Shown here piece after piece: positions 1-8,006 of a stretch of DNA of 36,868 bases. Numbering within the stretch: the stretch's first letter is position 1; the number at the start of each line of letters is the position of its first letter. The stretch spans positions 1 to 36,868 of the IMG/VR virus record IMGVR_UViG_3300017774_000929; one strand, given 5' to 3'. The DNA is from a virus (taxonomy: Duplodnaviria; Caudoviricetes). A program made the position numbers and the translations under genes. The notes under the pieces are model-generated. The model saw nothing but the letters and a program-made list of their open reading frames with translations, was not told the DNA's origin and searched no databases.

Positions 1-1
1 C

Positions 2-172
2 CTGCTCTGCAAGATGCCCGTCGAGTTCGTCGAACAGCGCGCCGCCTACTATGGCGACAGAACCCGCGCTCAGATGGAGTCGGTCGACAACAACTTCATG
101 CGTGAGAACGACCCGAGGATGCCTCTGTTTTCTGAACGGAAGTCTTCGGCATCTTTTGGCAAAGGCAAATAA
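2..172 (+). CDS. Partial (5'-truncated) phage head-module protein
   Basis: Not in ORF track. Frame 2 reads LLCKMPVEFVEQRAAYYGDRTRAQMESVDNNFMRENDPRMPLFSERKSSASFGKGK* (TAA 170-172), followed by AGGAG RBS of the next gene. Confidence 0.8.
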   Translation: MLCKMPVEFVEQRAAYYGDRTRAQMESVDNNFMRENDPRMPLFSERKSSASFGKGK

Positions 173-185
173 ACAGGAGCCTTAA

Positions 186-791
186 ATGGCATATCCGTCT
201 GTTGACGCCCCGTACGGCCTTGTCCCGATCAATCTGATCGGTGGTCAAGTCTTTGCGGGTTCTACCCGACTCATCCCCATCACTTCCGGCTCCGGCACCG
301 CCATCTTCACCGGTGACGTCGTGAAGCTTAACACCAGCGGCACTCTGTCTCTGGAAACCCTCACCGCTACCGCTTCGCCGGTCGGTGTTTTCCTCGGTTG
401 TTCCTATACGGACCCGACCTTCGGCAAGACGTTCCGCCAGTTCTACCCGGCCAACACTGTCGCGGCGGACATCATGGGTTACGTCTGTGATGACCCCAAC
501 ACGCTGTTCAAGGTCGCTGTTACGACTGCCGGAACCAGCACCATCGGCAACGTCACCCGTGCCGCAGTGGGCGAAAACACCGCGCTTATCCTGACTGCGG
601 GTAACACCACCACTGGTAACTCGCGTGTTTCGATCAGCGCCACCACTGCTACGGCCAGCACCCTGCCTATCCGTATCATCGACATCGTCCAAGAGACTGC
701 GCTGGCCACTAACCCGGCTTCGTATACCGAGGTCATTGTCAAGTGGAACGCTGGTATCCACCAGTACAACAACCCGACCGGCCTCGCCTAA
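186..791 (+). CDS. Capsid-associated (decoration/cement-like) protein, 201 aa
   Basis: AGGAG RBS; beta-rich, Thr/Ala/Gly-rich protein (PYGLVP, IFTGDVV, VGVFLGCSY, VCDDP) directly upstream of the major capsid gene. Function inferred from position. Confidence 0.7.
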   Translation: MAYPSVDAPYGLVPINLIGGQVFAGSTRLIPITSGSGTAIFTGDVVKLNTSGTLSLETLTATASPVGVFLGCSYTDPTFGKTFRQFYPANTVAADIMGYVCDDPNTLFKVAVTTAGTSTIGNVTRAAVGENTALILTAGNTTTGNSRVSISATTATASTLPIRIIDIVQETALATNPASYTEVIVKWNAGIHQYNNPTGLA

Positions 792-805
792 GGAGGGCAT
801 GACCA

Positions 806-1714
806 ATGGCTATTTCACGCGCACAACTCCTCAAGGAACTGCTTCCGGGTCTGAACGCTCTGTTTGGTCTGGAGTACAAGCGGTACGGCGAAGAGCATAA
901 GGAAATCTTCGAGACGGAGTCGTCCGAGCGTTCCTTCGAGGAAGAGACCAAGCTGTCGGGCTTCTCGGCTGCTCCGGTCAAGAACGAAGGTTCTGCCATC
1001 GCGTATGACAACGCGCAGGAAGCCTTCACTGCCCGCTACAACCACGAGACCATCGCACTGGGTTTCTCGCTGACCGAGGAAGCTGTTGAGGACAACCTCT
1101 ACGCTTCGCTGTCTTCGCGCTACACCAAGGCTCTGGCCCGTGCCATGTCGTACACCAAGCAGACCAAGGCTGCGTCGGTCCTGAACAACGGCTTCTCCGC
1201 CAGCTACTCCGGTGGCGACGGCGTAGCCCTGTTCAGCGCTTCGCACCCGCTGGTTTCGGGTGGCGTCAACTCGAATATCCCGTCGACCCCGGCTGACCTT
1301 AACGAAACCTCGCTTGAGGCGGCTGTTATCCAGATCGCTGGTTGGTCGGACGAACGCGGTCTTCTGATCGCGGCCAAGCCGAAGAAGCTCATCCTTCCCC
1401 CGGCCCTGATGTTCGTCGCTACGCGCCTTCTGGAAACCGAACAGCGTGTTGGCACCGCCGACAACGACATCAACGCTCTGAAGAACAACGGCTCCATCCC
1501 GGGCGGCTATTCGGTCAACCACTTCCTGACCGACGTCGATGCGTGGTTCCTGACCACCGACGTGCCGAACGGCCTGAAGCACTTCGTGCGTGCTCCGATG
1601 TCCAACTCGATGGACGGCGACTTCGATACCGGCAACGTCCGGTATAAGAGCCGCGAGCGCTACAGCTTCGGTTGGTCTGACCCGCTGGGCATGTACGGCT
1701 CGGCTGGCGCTTAA
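806..1714 (+). CDS. Major capsid protein, Mu gpT-like head subunit family, 302 aa
   Basis: AGGAGG RBS, strongly biased codons, MAISRAQLLKELLPGLNALFG start, DAWFL, DFDTGNVRYKSRERYSFGWSDPLG end; followed by a strong terminator. Confidence 0.9.
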   Translation: MAISRAQLLKELLPGLNALFGLEYKRYGEEHKEIFETESSERSFEEETKLSGFSAAPVKNEGSAIAYDNAQEAFTARYNHETIALGFSLTEEAVEDNLYASLSSRYTKALARAMSYTKQTKAASVLNNGFSASYSGGDGVALFSASHPLVSGGVNSNIPSTPADLNETSLEAAVIQIAGWSDERGLLIAAKPKKLILPPALMFVATRLLETEQRVGTADNDINALKNNGSIPGGYSVNHFLTDVDAWFLTTDVPNGLKHFVRAPMSNSMDGDFDTGNVRYKSRERYSFGWSDPLGMYGSAGA

Positions 1715-1725
1715 CACTGGCGCTG

Positions 1726-1757
1726 AAAACCCCCGCTGGAAACGGCGGGGGTTTTTT
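1726..1757 (+). terminator. Rho-independent terminator after capsid gene (possibly bidirectional)
   Basis: AAAACCCCCGCTG-GAAA-CGGCGGGGGTTTTTT: GC stem, GNRA loop, T6 tract. Confidence 0.9.
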
Positions 1758-1786
1758 AACAAAAACTACGAACAAACGGTACGCCA

Positions 1787-2020
1787 ATGACCCTGCACAC
1801 TGACGCCCGTAACCTTAACTGGGCCATGATCGGCGTTATCATCGCTTTAGTAGTCCAAGCTGCCGCGCTCGTCTTCTGGGGTGGCGGCATCAACCAGCGC
1901 GTTGCTACCCTCGAACGCCTTGCCAGCCCGTTGGCTGACGGCACGCTGGCGCGCTTGGATGAGCGCACCAAGGCCATGAAGGAACAGCTAGACCGCATCG
2001 AAAGAGGCGAGCAGCAGTGA
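1787..2020 (+). CDS. Small single-TM plus coiled-coil lysis-module protein (holin/antiholin-like), 77 aa
   Basis: One hydrophobic segment (AMIGVIIALVVQAAALVFW) then a charged helical tail; overlaps next gene (GTGA); upstream of the endolysin. Confidence 0.6.
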   Translation: MTLHTDARNLNWAMIGVIIALVVQAAALVFWGGGINQRVATLERLASPLADGTLARLDERTKAMKEQLDRIERGEQQ

Positions 2021-2253
2021 CCGACATTCCGCTCCCCGACCACCCCATCCGTAAAACTTGGCAGTGGCAGTCGTTTGACCGTCTGTGGCGTCCTACCGCT
2101 GGCTGGGTTGTTGTGGTGGGCACAGCCTACGCAGGGTTCATCGGGCACGCTATTGGCAAGCCCATGAACGAGGGGTACCTTGCTGTCTGGCTGACTTTCG
2201 CTGCAGCCGTGCTTGGCTTGAAGAGCTGGGAAAAACTCAAGGGGGTCGCATGA
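2017..2253 (+). CDS. Putative holin, 78 aa
   Basis: Two predicted TM segments, WRPTAGW and LGLKSWEKLKGVA motifs, basic C-terminus; ATGA overlap with the endolysin. Confidence 0.75.
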   Translation: MTDIPLPDHPIRKTWQWQSFDRLWRPTAGWVVVVGTAYAGFIGHAIGKPMNEGYLAVWLTFAAAVLGLKSWEKLKGVA

Positions 2254-2744
2254 TCTACTGGATGGACTTCGCCCGTTCGCTGCTTGGCATTCGAGAAGTG
2301 CCCGGCAAGGGCAACAACCTGACCATCATGGGCTGGGGCAAGAAGCTCGGGGCCAAAATCCTCGGCATCCCCTACACCGCCGACTCCCTCCCTTGGTGCG
2401 GCCTGTATGTGGCCTACGTCATGGAGCACTGCGGCTTTGTGCCCCCTCCTATCGCCGTGCGCGCGTCGGAATGGGGTAAGTGGGGTCGCAAGCTCCTCAA
2501 CCCGCGCCTCGGCTGCATCCTCGTCTTCACGCGCAAGGGCGGTGGTCATGTGGGTTTCTACGTCGGCGAGGACGCCACCCACCTTCATGTGCTTGGCGGC
2601 AACCAAGGTGACGCGGTTTCTATTACCCGCATCCCCAAGGACCGGTTGTCTGAAATGCGTTGGCCAGAGGGCTTCCCGCTTCCTAAACCCCAAGTCGTCG
2701 TGCTTGACGCCAAAGGCGCGCCTGTAACCAAGGGCGAAGCATAG
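2250..2744 (+). CDS. Endolysin, TIGR02594 / CHAP-NlpC/P60-like Cys-His peptidoglycan hydrolase, 164 aa
   Basis: GIREVPG, PWCGLYV (Cys), GGGHVGF (His), VLGGNQGDAV. Start moved from track position 2085 to ATG 2250, which overlaps the holin stop. Confidence 0.85.
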   Translation: MIYWMDFARSLLGIREVPGKGNNLTIMGWGKKLGAKILGIPYTADSLPWCGLYVAYVMEHCGFVPPPIAVRASEWGKWGRKLLNPRLGCILVFTRKGGGHVGFYVGEDATHLHVLGGNQGDAVSITRIPKDRLSEMRWPEGFPLPKPQVVVLDAKGAPVTKGEA

Positions 2745-2770
2745 CCTCTTCCGCTGGTGTACAGTTCCTG

Positions 2771-2776
2771 TATACT
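2771..2776 (+). promoter_or_regulatory. Possible -10 element TATACT upstream of the structured RNA
   Basis: TATACT lies ~10 nt upstream of the first helix of the intergenic structure; no convincing -35 element. Confidence 0.35.
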
Positions 2777-2785
2777 GCCTCTACT

Positions 2786-2855
2786 CCGGGTGAACCGGCG
2801 CACTGGACTAGCCCCGGCTAGACGACATACCGACCAGTGAGCCTATCTTGTATGT
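2786..2855 (+). ncRNA. Structured intergenic RNA with crossing helices; candidate Mu-gpT-DE-type motif
   Basis: CCGGG 2786-2790 pairs with CCCGG 2813-2817; GGCGCACTGG 2797-2806 pairs with CCAGTGAGCC 2834-2843 (one mismatch); ACATAC 2825-2830 pairs with GTATGT 2850-2855. Family guess rests on location downstream of a Mu gpT-like gene. Confidence 0.6.
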
Positions 2856-2866
2856 GAGGAAACCTA

Positions 2867-3337
2867 ATGGCTTTCACGACTTTCTCGGGTCCGGTTCGCG
2901 CTGGCACTGTCAAAGAAGGCGCAGGCATGAACTGCGGCCTTGCTACCCTCGCGCGCTCGTATGATACGGGTGTCGTCACCGCAGGCGCTGGTGACGTAGA
3001 CGTAGCGGCTTTCATCATCCCCGCTGGTTCGCAAATCCTTGACATTATCGTCGATCAAGTCGTGGTGCCCGGTGGCACTTCTACGTCCGCTGTTTCGGTG
3101 GGTAACGCTTCGGGCGGCGCGCAGCTTATGGCGTCTGTTACTACCACGGCTGGTGGTCGCTTCCGTGGCACGGCTACCGCCGCCACCCAGCTGGCTTGGC
3201 AGACGTCTACCAGCGCAGACACCACCGTCTATGTTCGCTACACGGTTGGTGTGGCGGCGGGTGTTGGTCGCGCTATTATCACCGTTGAGTACATTCAGCG
3301 CACCGACAGCGGCGCTCAGTTCCCGGCTTCCGCGTAA
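2867..3337 (+). CDS. Putative virion structural protein (MAFTTFSGPVR start), 156 aa
   Basis: GAGGA RBS; beta-rich with IPAGSQILDI motif; capsid-like codon usage. Confidence 0.7.
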   Translation: MAFTTFSGPVRAGTVKEGAGMNCGLATLARSYDTGVVTAGAGDVDVAAFIIPAGSQILDIIVDQVVVPGGTSTSAVSVGNASGGAQLMASVTTTAGGRFRGTATAATQLAWQTSTSADTTVYVRYTVGVAAGVGRAIITVEYIQRTDSGAQFPASA

Positions 3338-3352
3338 AAAGGGGCCGTTAAC

Positions 3353-3658
3353 ATGGGCATGCAGTACGATATCAAGGCTACCAAGCCGTTGGCATCCACT
3401 GGTTCGTTCGTGGACCAGAACGACAACAACATGACGCGGACCCGCATTAAGGCCATCTACGCCATCTGCGGGGCTGCGGCAGGGTCTGTGACCATCACCA
3501 ACGGCAACGGCGGTGAGACACTGTTTGTCATGAACACCCCGGCTGTAGCCAACTGCGGCTACATTTACATCATCCTGCCCGGCGAAGGTATCTTGGCCGG
3601 AAGCGCTCTCTACGGCACGGTGTCCAACACGGCGTCTACCATCGTTTTCTACGGGTGA
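3353..3658 (+). CDS. Hypothetical structural-module protein, 101 aa
   Basis: AAGGGG RBS; small beta-rich protein with LPGEGIL and terminal VFYG. Confidence 0.7.
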   Translation: MGMQYDIKATKPLASTGSFVDQNDNNMTRTRIKAIYAICGAAAGSVTITNGNGGETLFVMNTPAVANCGYIYIILPGEGILAGSALYGTVSNTASTIVFYG

Positions 3659-3661
3659 TAT

Positions 3662-4402
3662 GTGACTGAACAGAGCTACGACCTTGTGGGCAGGAGCGTG
3701 TTTATTGCGCTGCCTGCCTACGACTTCAAAGTTTCCCTGAAGCTGGCTATCTCGCTGGCCCGCTTCGCGCAGTCCGCACCGCAACATGGTATCAATATCC
3801 AGATCGGCAGCATCTGCGGATGCTCCGTGGTGTCACGTGCGCGAAACCTGCTGGTGAAGGACTTCCTTGAGACGGACTGCACCGACCTGCTGTTCATCGA
3901 CTCCGACATCAACTTCGTGCCCGAGGACATCTACCGCCTCATGGCTTGGGGGTCAGACCCCAAGAAGGGTATCGTGGCTGGCGTTCCGCGCGTCCGTGAG
4001 AGCAAGGCCACCTACATCATGGCTCTGGACCACGATGAGAACAACGCCCTGACCATGGATGCCATGGGTCTCGTCCGCGCCAAACGTGTGGCTACGGCCT
4101 TCATGCTGGTGCGGCGTGACGTGTTCGAGACGCTGGTAGAAGCCCACCCCGAGTGGAACTACTACGACCCGCGCACTGACGCTACGCTGTCAGCCGTCTT
4201 TGACTTCAAGGTCACGGCAGAAGGCTACATGGGCGAGGACTTCTTGTTCTGTGACCGAGCCCGTGAACACGGCTATGAGGTGTGGGTCGACCCAACCATC
4301 AAGCTCGGCCACATGGGCGTCCAAGAGTATATGGGCGACTTCGGCAAGGACGTTCTGTACCCCATGATGGCTGAACCAGCCGTGGCGCTGGCTGCGGAGT
4401 GA
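3662..4402 (+). CDS. GT-A fold (GT2-like) glycosyltransferase, 246 aa
   Basis: VFIALPAY, SRARNLLV, LLFIDSDI (DxD), ATAFMLVRRDVFE, GEDFLFC, KLGHMG. Confidence 0.85.
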   Translation: MTEQSYDLVGRSVFIALPAYDFKVSLKLAISLARFAQSAPQHGINIQIGSICGCSVVSRARNLLVKDFLETDCTDLLFIDSDINFVPEDIYRLMAWGSDPKKGIVAGVPRVRESKATYIMALDHDENNALTMDAMGLVRAKRVATAFMLVRRDVFETLVEAHPEWNYYDPRTDATLSAVFDFKVTAEGYMGEDFLFCDRAREHGYEVWVDPTIKLGHMGVQEYMGDFGKDVLYPMMAEPAVALAAE

Positions 4403-4408
4403 CAGGCA

Positions 4409-4663
4409 ATGGCCAAGACCCCGGCGTGGACCCGCAAGGAAGGTAAGGCAGAGGCCGGTGGCCTCAACGCCAAAGGCCGCGCGTCCTACAACAAAGCTAA
4501 CCCGGGCAAGCCGGGGCTTAAGGCCCCGCAGCCCGAAGGTGGCCCTCGCAAGAAGTCATTTTGTGCGAGAATGACGGGCATGAAGAAGAAGTTGACCAGC
4601 GCCAAAACGGCCAACGACCCCAACAGCCGCATCAATAAATCGCTTCGCGCATGGAAGTGTTAG
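4409..4663 (+). CDS. Small Lys/Arg-rich phage protein (DUF6321-like), 84 aa
   Basis: GGLNAKGRASYN, RKKSFCARM, DPNSRINKSLRAWKC motifs; highly basic. Confidence 0.75.
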   Translation: MAKTPAWTRKEGKAEAGGLNAKGRASYNKANPGKPGLKAPQPEGGPRKKSFCARMTGMKKKLTSAKTANDPNSRINKSLRAWKC

Positions 4664-4664
4664 C

Positions 4665-5051
4665 GTGTTACCCGCGACCAAGCTTTGCACACGCTGCAAA
4701 ATAGTAAAGGTCGCGGACGCAAAGCATTTCCCAGCGCACAGTAAGACAAAATCTAAGCTCGATAGCTGGTGCCGCGTTTGCCGTTCTAGGTATCGAAGCG
4801 ACAACTGCCGGGGTCGGCACCGAGGTTTTATTAGCGACGAAGCGCTTATACATTTGAAAATGACCAGCAAAGAATGCGCTATTTGCGATGCCGTAGAGCC
4901 GCTTGTTGTAGACCACGACCACAAAACGGGGGCTGTTAGGGGCATGCTTTGTAGCCGCTGTAACTGCGGGTTAGGGTATTTCAAAGATGACCCCAGCCTG
5001 TTAGAGATGGCTGCGAACTACTTGGTGGGAACACCTGCGTTAGGGGGTTGA
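4665..5051 (+). CDS. Endonuclease VII-family (HNH-type) nuclease, probable homing endonuclease, 128 aa
   Basis: CTRC...CRVC N-terminal Zn motif; CAIC...LVVDHDHKTGAVRGMLCSRCNCGLGYFKDDP...AANYL. More A/T-rich codons than neighbours. Confidence 0.88.
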   Translation: MLPATKLCTRCKIVKVADAKHFPAHSKTKSKLDSWCRVCRSRYRSDNCRGRHRGFISDEALIHLKMTSKECAICDAVEPLVVDHDHKTGAVRGMLCSRCNCGLGYFKDDPSLLEMAANYLVGTPALGG

Positions 5052-5053
5052 CG

Positions 5054-5470
5054 ATGGCCGAAGGTAAAAAAGATCGCGGGTTCGTGCTGGGAGACATATC
5101 CCCGCTGGCTGGCATCGTCACTGGTCGAGGCCTGACGTCCAACCTGAACCCCATGCGTCTCGCGGCCAACCTCAAGTCGGGCAACATGCGCGGCATGGGT
5201 GGAGAAGAAGAGGAAGAAGCTGTGGCAGTCAAGAAAGGTCCCGGTATGAAAAGCGGCGGTAAAGTCGGTTCATCGTGCATGAAAAGCGGCGGCAAGGTCG
5301 GCGGCGCAATGAAGGGTGGCGACATGCCGTTCTTCGCCAGCAAAGCCAAGGACAAGATGGCCTCCAAGAAGAAGCCAGCCCGCAAGCCTATGACCAAATA
5401 CGCTTCTGGTGGCATGGTCAAAGCTGACGGCATGGCCATGAAAGGCAAAACTCGTGGACGGGAGTGCTAG
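5054..5470 (+). CDS. Low-complexity Lys/Gly/Met-rich protein with repeated xxGGxV motifs, 138 aa
   Basis: ATG 5054 follows AGGGGG (track start is TTG 5048); MKSGGKV twice, YASGGMV, C-terminal ADGMAMKGKTRGREC. Confidence 0.75.
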   Translation: MAEGKKDRGFVLGDISPLAGIVTGRGLTSNLNPMRLAANLKSGNMRGMGGEEEEEAVAVKKGPGMKSGGKVGSSCMKSGGKVGGAMKGGDMPFFASKAKDKMASKKKPARKPMTKYASGGMVKADGMAMKGKTRGREC

Positions 5471-5473
5471 GCC

Positions 5474-5659
5474 ATGAAGAAGAACAACTTCATCAAAGAC
5501 GCCATCAAGAAGCCCGGTGCCCTGCGTAAGTCCATGGGCGTCAAGAAGGGCGAGACCATCCCGGCCAAGAAGCTTGCTGCTGCTACCAAGGCTCCGGGCA
5601 AGATGGGCCAACGCGCTCGCTTCGCCGAGATGCTGAAGGGCTTCAAGAAGGGTAAGTGA
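5474..5659 (+). CDS. Small Lys-rich protein, 61 aa
   Basis: GGGAG RBS; FIKDAIKKPGALRKSMGVKKGETIP...GQRARFAEMLKG. Confidence 0.75.
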   Translation: MKKNNFIKDAIKKPGALRKSMGVKKGETIPAKKLAAATKAPGKMGQRARFAEMLKGFKKGK

Positions 5660-5660
5660 T

Positions 5661-6056
5661 GTGGCGCGCTCGGACGAACCTAAGTGGAAACGCATTGTCG
5701 CTAGCGTAAAGGCTGGCAGCAAGGGCGGCGATGCTGGGCAGTGGTCCGCGCGCAAGGCACAACTGGCTACCCAACGCTACAAGAAGTCGGGCGGTGGCTA
5801 CAGCGGACCTAAAACAGAAGCACAGGAGTCTCTGTCCAAATGGGGCAAAGAGGACTGGGGCACCAAGTCCGGCAAGCCTTCCACACAGGGCAAGAACGCG
5901 ACTGGCGAGCGCTACCTGCCCAAGAAAGCACGGGAGGCGCTGACGTCTTCTGAATACGCCGCTACAACCAAGGCCAAGCGCGAAGGCACCAAGGCAGGCA
6001 AGCAGTTTGTCAAACAGCCTAAAGGCATCGCCAAGAAAACGGCACAGTTCAGATGA
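5661..6056 (+). CDS. Basic phage protein (DUF5872-like), 131 aa
   Basis: GQWSARKAQL, YKKSGGGY, SLSKWGKEDWGTKSGK, ERYLPKKA; ATGA overlap with next gene. Confidence 0.75.
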   Translation: MARSDEPKWKRIVASVKAGSKGGDAGQWSARKAQLATQRYKKSGGGYSGPKTEAQESLSKWGKEDWGTKSGKPSTQGKNATGERYLPKKAREALTSSEYAATTKAKREGTKAGKQFVKQPKGIAKKTAQFR

Positions 6057-6760
6057 CGACCACAGGCACCACAGCGTTCAACCTTTCAGTACTCGACCTC
6101 ATCGAAGAGGCGTACGAGCGTTGTGGCGTGGAAGTGCGCTCTGGTTATGACCTGCGCACTGCTCGACGTAGTCTTAACCTGCTGTCCATAGAGTGGGCCA
6201 ACCGTGGGATAAATCTGTGGACTGTGGAGCAAGGGTCTATCCCGCTGACGCAGGGCACGATCTCCTATACTCTGCCAGTGGATACTATTGACCTGCTGGA
6301 CCACGTGGTGCGCACGGGCACGGGTGCTAACCAGACCGACATCAACATCAGCCGCATCAGCGTCGACACCTATTCGACCATCCCCAACAAGAACGCCCAA
6401 GGGCGACCCATTCAGGTGTGGATTAACCGTCAGTCCGGGGCCACGACGCCTACAGGGGTGGCCAACCCCACCATCAACGTCTGGCCGTCGCTGGAACAGA
6501 GCAACTTCTACACCTTCGTCTACTGGCGGCTGCGCCGCATCCAAGACGCGGGTAACGGCGACAACACGCAGGATATCCCGTTCCGCTTCCTGCCCTGCAT
6601 GGTGGCGGGGCTGGCCTACCATCTCTCCATGAAAATCCCGGAGGCACTGTCCCGCGCGCAGATGCTCAAGGGTGTGTACGAGGAGCTTTGGCAGCAGGCT
6701 GCGGACGAAGACCGGGAGAAGGCTTCGCTTCGTATAGCCCCCCGTGTGGCCCTCTATTGA
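6053..6760 (+). CDS. Head-tail adaptor / tail tubular protein-like, 235 aa
   Basis: LIEEAYERCG, ARRSLNLL, WANRGINLW, IPFRFLPCMVAGLAY: helical N- and C-termini around a beta domain, typical of podophage adaptors. Confidence 0.7.
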   Translation: MTTTGTTAFNLSVLDLIEEAYERCGVEVRSGYDLRTARRSLNLLSIEWANRGINLWTVEQGSIPLTQGTISYTLPVDTIDLLDHVVRTGTGANQTDINISRISVDTYSTIPNKNAQGRPIQVWINRQSGATTPTGVANPTINVWPSLEQSNFYTFVYWRLRRIQDAGNGDNTQDIPFRFLPCMVAGLAYHLSMKIPEALSRAQMLKGVYEELWQQAADEDREKASLRIAPRVALY

Positions 6761-6769
6761 GGTCGCGGC

Positions 6770-7180
6770 ATGCCCAGTAAGTTTGCATCTGGCAAAAAGG
6801 CCATATCGGAGTGCGACCGCTGCGGTCAGCGCTACCCCTTGCGCAAACTTCGGGCGCTGACGATCAAGACGAAGCTGACCAACATCCTCTGCTGCCCCAC
6901 GTGCTGGGACCAAGACCATCCGCAGCTGCAGCTGGGTCTGTATCCGGTCAACGACCCGCAGGCACTGCGCAACCCAAGACCCGACAACTCGTACGAACAA
7001 AGCGGGCTGAACATCAACGGGACGCCGTCAGGCGGAAGCCGGGACATCTACTGGGGGTGGGCTCCTGTGGGCCTGCTTACGGGGGACTCCAGCCAACTAA
7101 ACGCACTGGGTGTAACTCAGGTGCAGAATACGCTAGAAGCATCGGGCCAAGTCGGCACGGTTGTTGTAACTACGACCTAG
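6770..7180 (+). CDS. Zn-ribbon protein (CDRC...CPTC), 136 aa
   Basis: GAGGT RBS; two CxxC pairs; DHPQLQLG and DPQALRNPRPD motifs. Confidence 0.75.
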   Translation: MPSKFASGKKAISECDRCGQRYPLRKLRALTIKTKLTNILCCPTCWDQDHPQLQLGLYPVNDPQALRNPRPDNSYEQSGLNINGTPSGGSRDIYWGWAPVGLLTGDSSQLNALGVTQVQNTLEASGQVGTVVVTTT

Positions 7181-7192
7181 GAGGGTCCTGAT

Positions 7193-7330
7193 ATGAACAA
7201 GAAGCCAATCAACGTCCCGGTGCCGAATACCAGCGGCTACCCCAACAACGTGCCTAATACCCAGACCATGCGTATCCGTGGCACCAAGCTCGCCACCAAA
7301 GGCACTAACTTCAACCCGAAGTGCTGCTAA
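7193..7330 (+). CDS. Small basic protein, 45 aa (below ORF-track cutoff)
   Basis: GGAGGG RBS at 7180-7185; MNKKPINVPVPNTSGYPNNVPNTQTMRIRGTKLATKGTNFNPKCC*; fills the gap between its neighbours. Confidence 0.75.
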   Translation: MNKKPINVPVPNTSGYPNNVPNTQTMRIRGTKLATKGTNFNPKCC

Positions 7331-7340
7331 GGTCTAGCGC

Positions 7341-7997
7341 ATGAACTACGCCACTCTGTCTTCGACAATCCAAGCGTACGTAGAGAACGATTTCCCCTCC
7401 AGTGTTGGTAGCGGGTCGCTGACGTCTGCGCAGCAGATCGCTACGTTTGTCACGCAGGCAGAGCAGCGCATCTACAACACCGTGCAGATTTTGGCGGAGC
7501 GCAAGGTCACGAACCTTGTCACGGTCAACGGCACTTCCACGGTCGCGGCTCCGGCAGACTGGCTGTCCACCTACTCTTTCGCGGTGCTTAACCCTGCTAC
7601 CACCTACGCGTTCCTCCTGAACAAGGATGTGGAGTTTATCCGGGAAGCCTATCCGGACCCCACCGTCGCGGGCACGCCGAAATACTACGCGCTGTTGGAT
7701 GACACGTTCCTGCTTGGGCCTACCCCTAACGCCGTCTACACGCTAAGCCTCAACTACATGGCCTACCCCACCAGCATCACCACCGCGAACACCTCGTGGC
7801 TGGGTGACAACTTTGACTCCGTGCTTTTGTACGGGGCTTTGCTGGAAGCCTACACCTTTATGAAAGGCGAACCCGACGTCATCGCCGGGTACCAGAAGCG
7901 CTACGACGAGGCCATGGTACAGCTGAAGCAGCTGGCAGAGGGCAAGAACCGGCAAGACACCTACAGGACCCTGCAGGTCCGATACCCCGTCAAATAG
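7341..7997 (+). CDS. Second head-tail adaptor-like protein, 218 aa
   Basis: MNYATL..IQAYVE, AEQRIY, GTPKYYA, LGPTP, LLYGALLEAYTFMKG pattern. Confidence 0.7.
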   Translation: MNYATLSSTIQAYVENDFPSSVGSGSLTSAQQIATFVTQAEQRIYNTVQILAERKVTNLVTVNGTSTVAAPADWLSTYSFAVLNPATTYAFLLNKDVEFIREAYPDPTVAGTPKYYALLDDTFLLGPTPNAVYTLSLNYMAYPTSITTANTSWLGDNFDSVLLYGALLEAYTFMKGEPDVIAGYQKRYDEAMVQLKQLAEGKNRQDTYRTLQVRYPVK

Positions 7998-8006
7998 CGA
8001 GGCCGC

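Noticed and set aside
2085-2249. N-terminal extension of the endolysin given by the ORF track
   Set aside because: It overlaps the holin out of frame; ATG 2250 with ATGA coupling gives a normal-length lysin.
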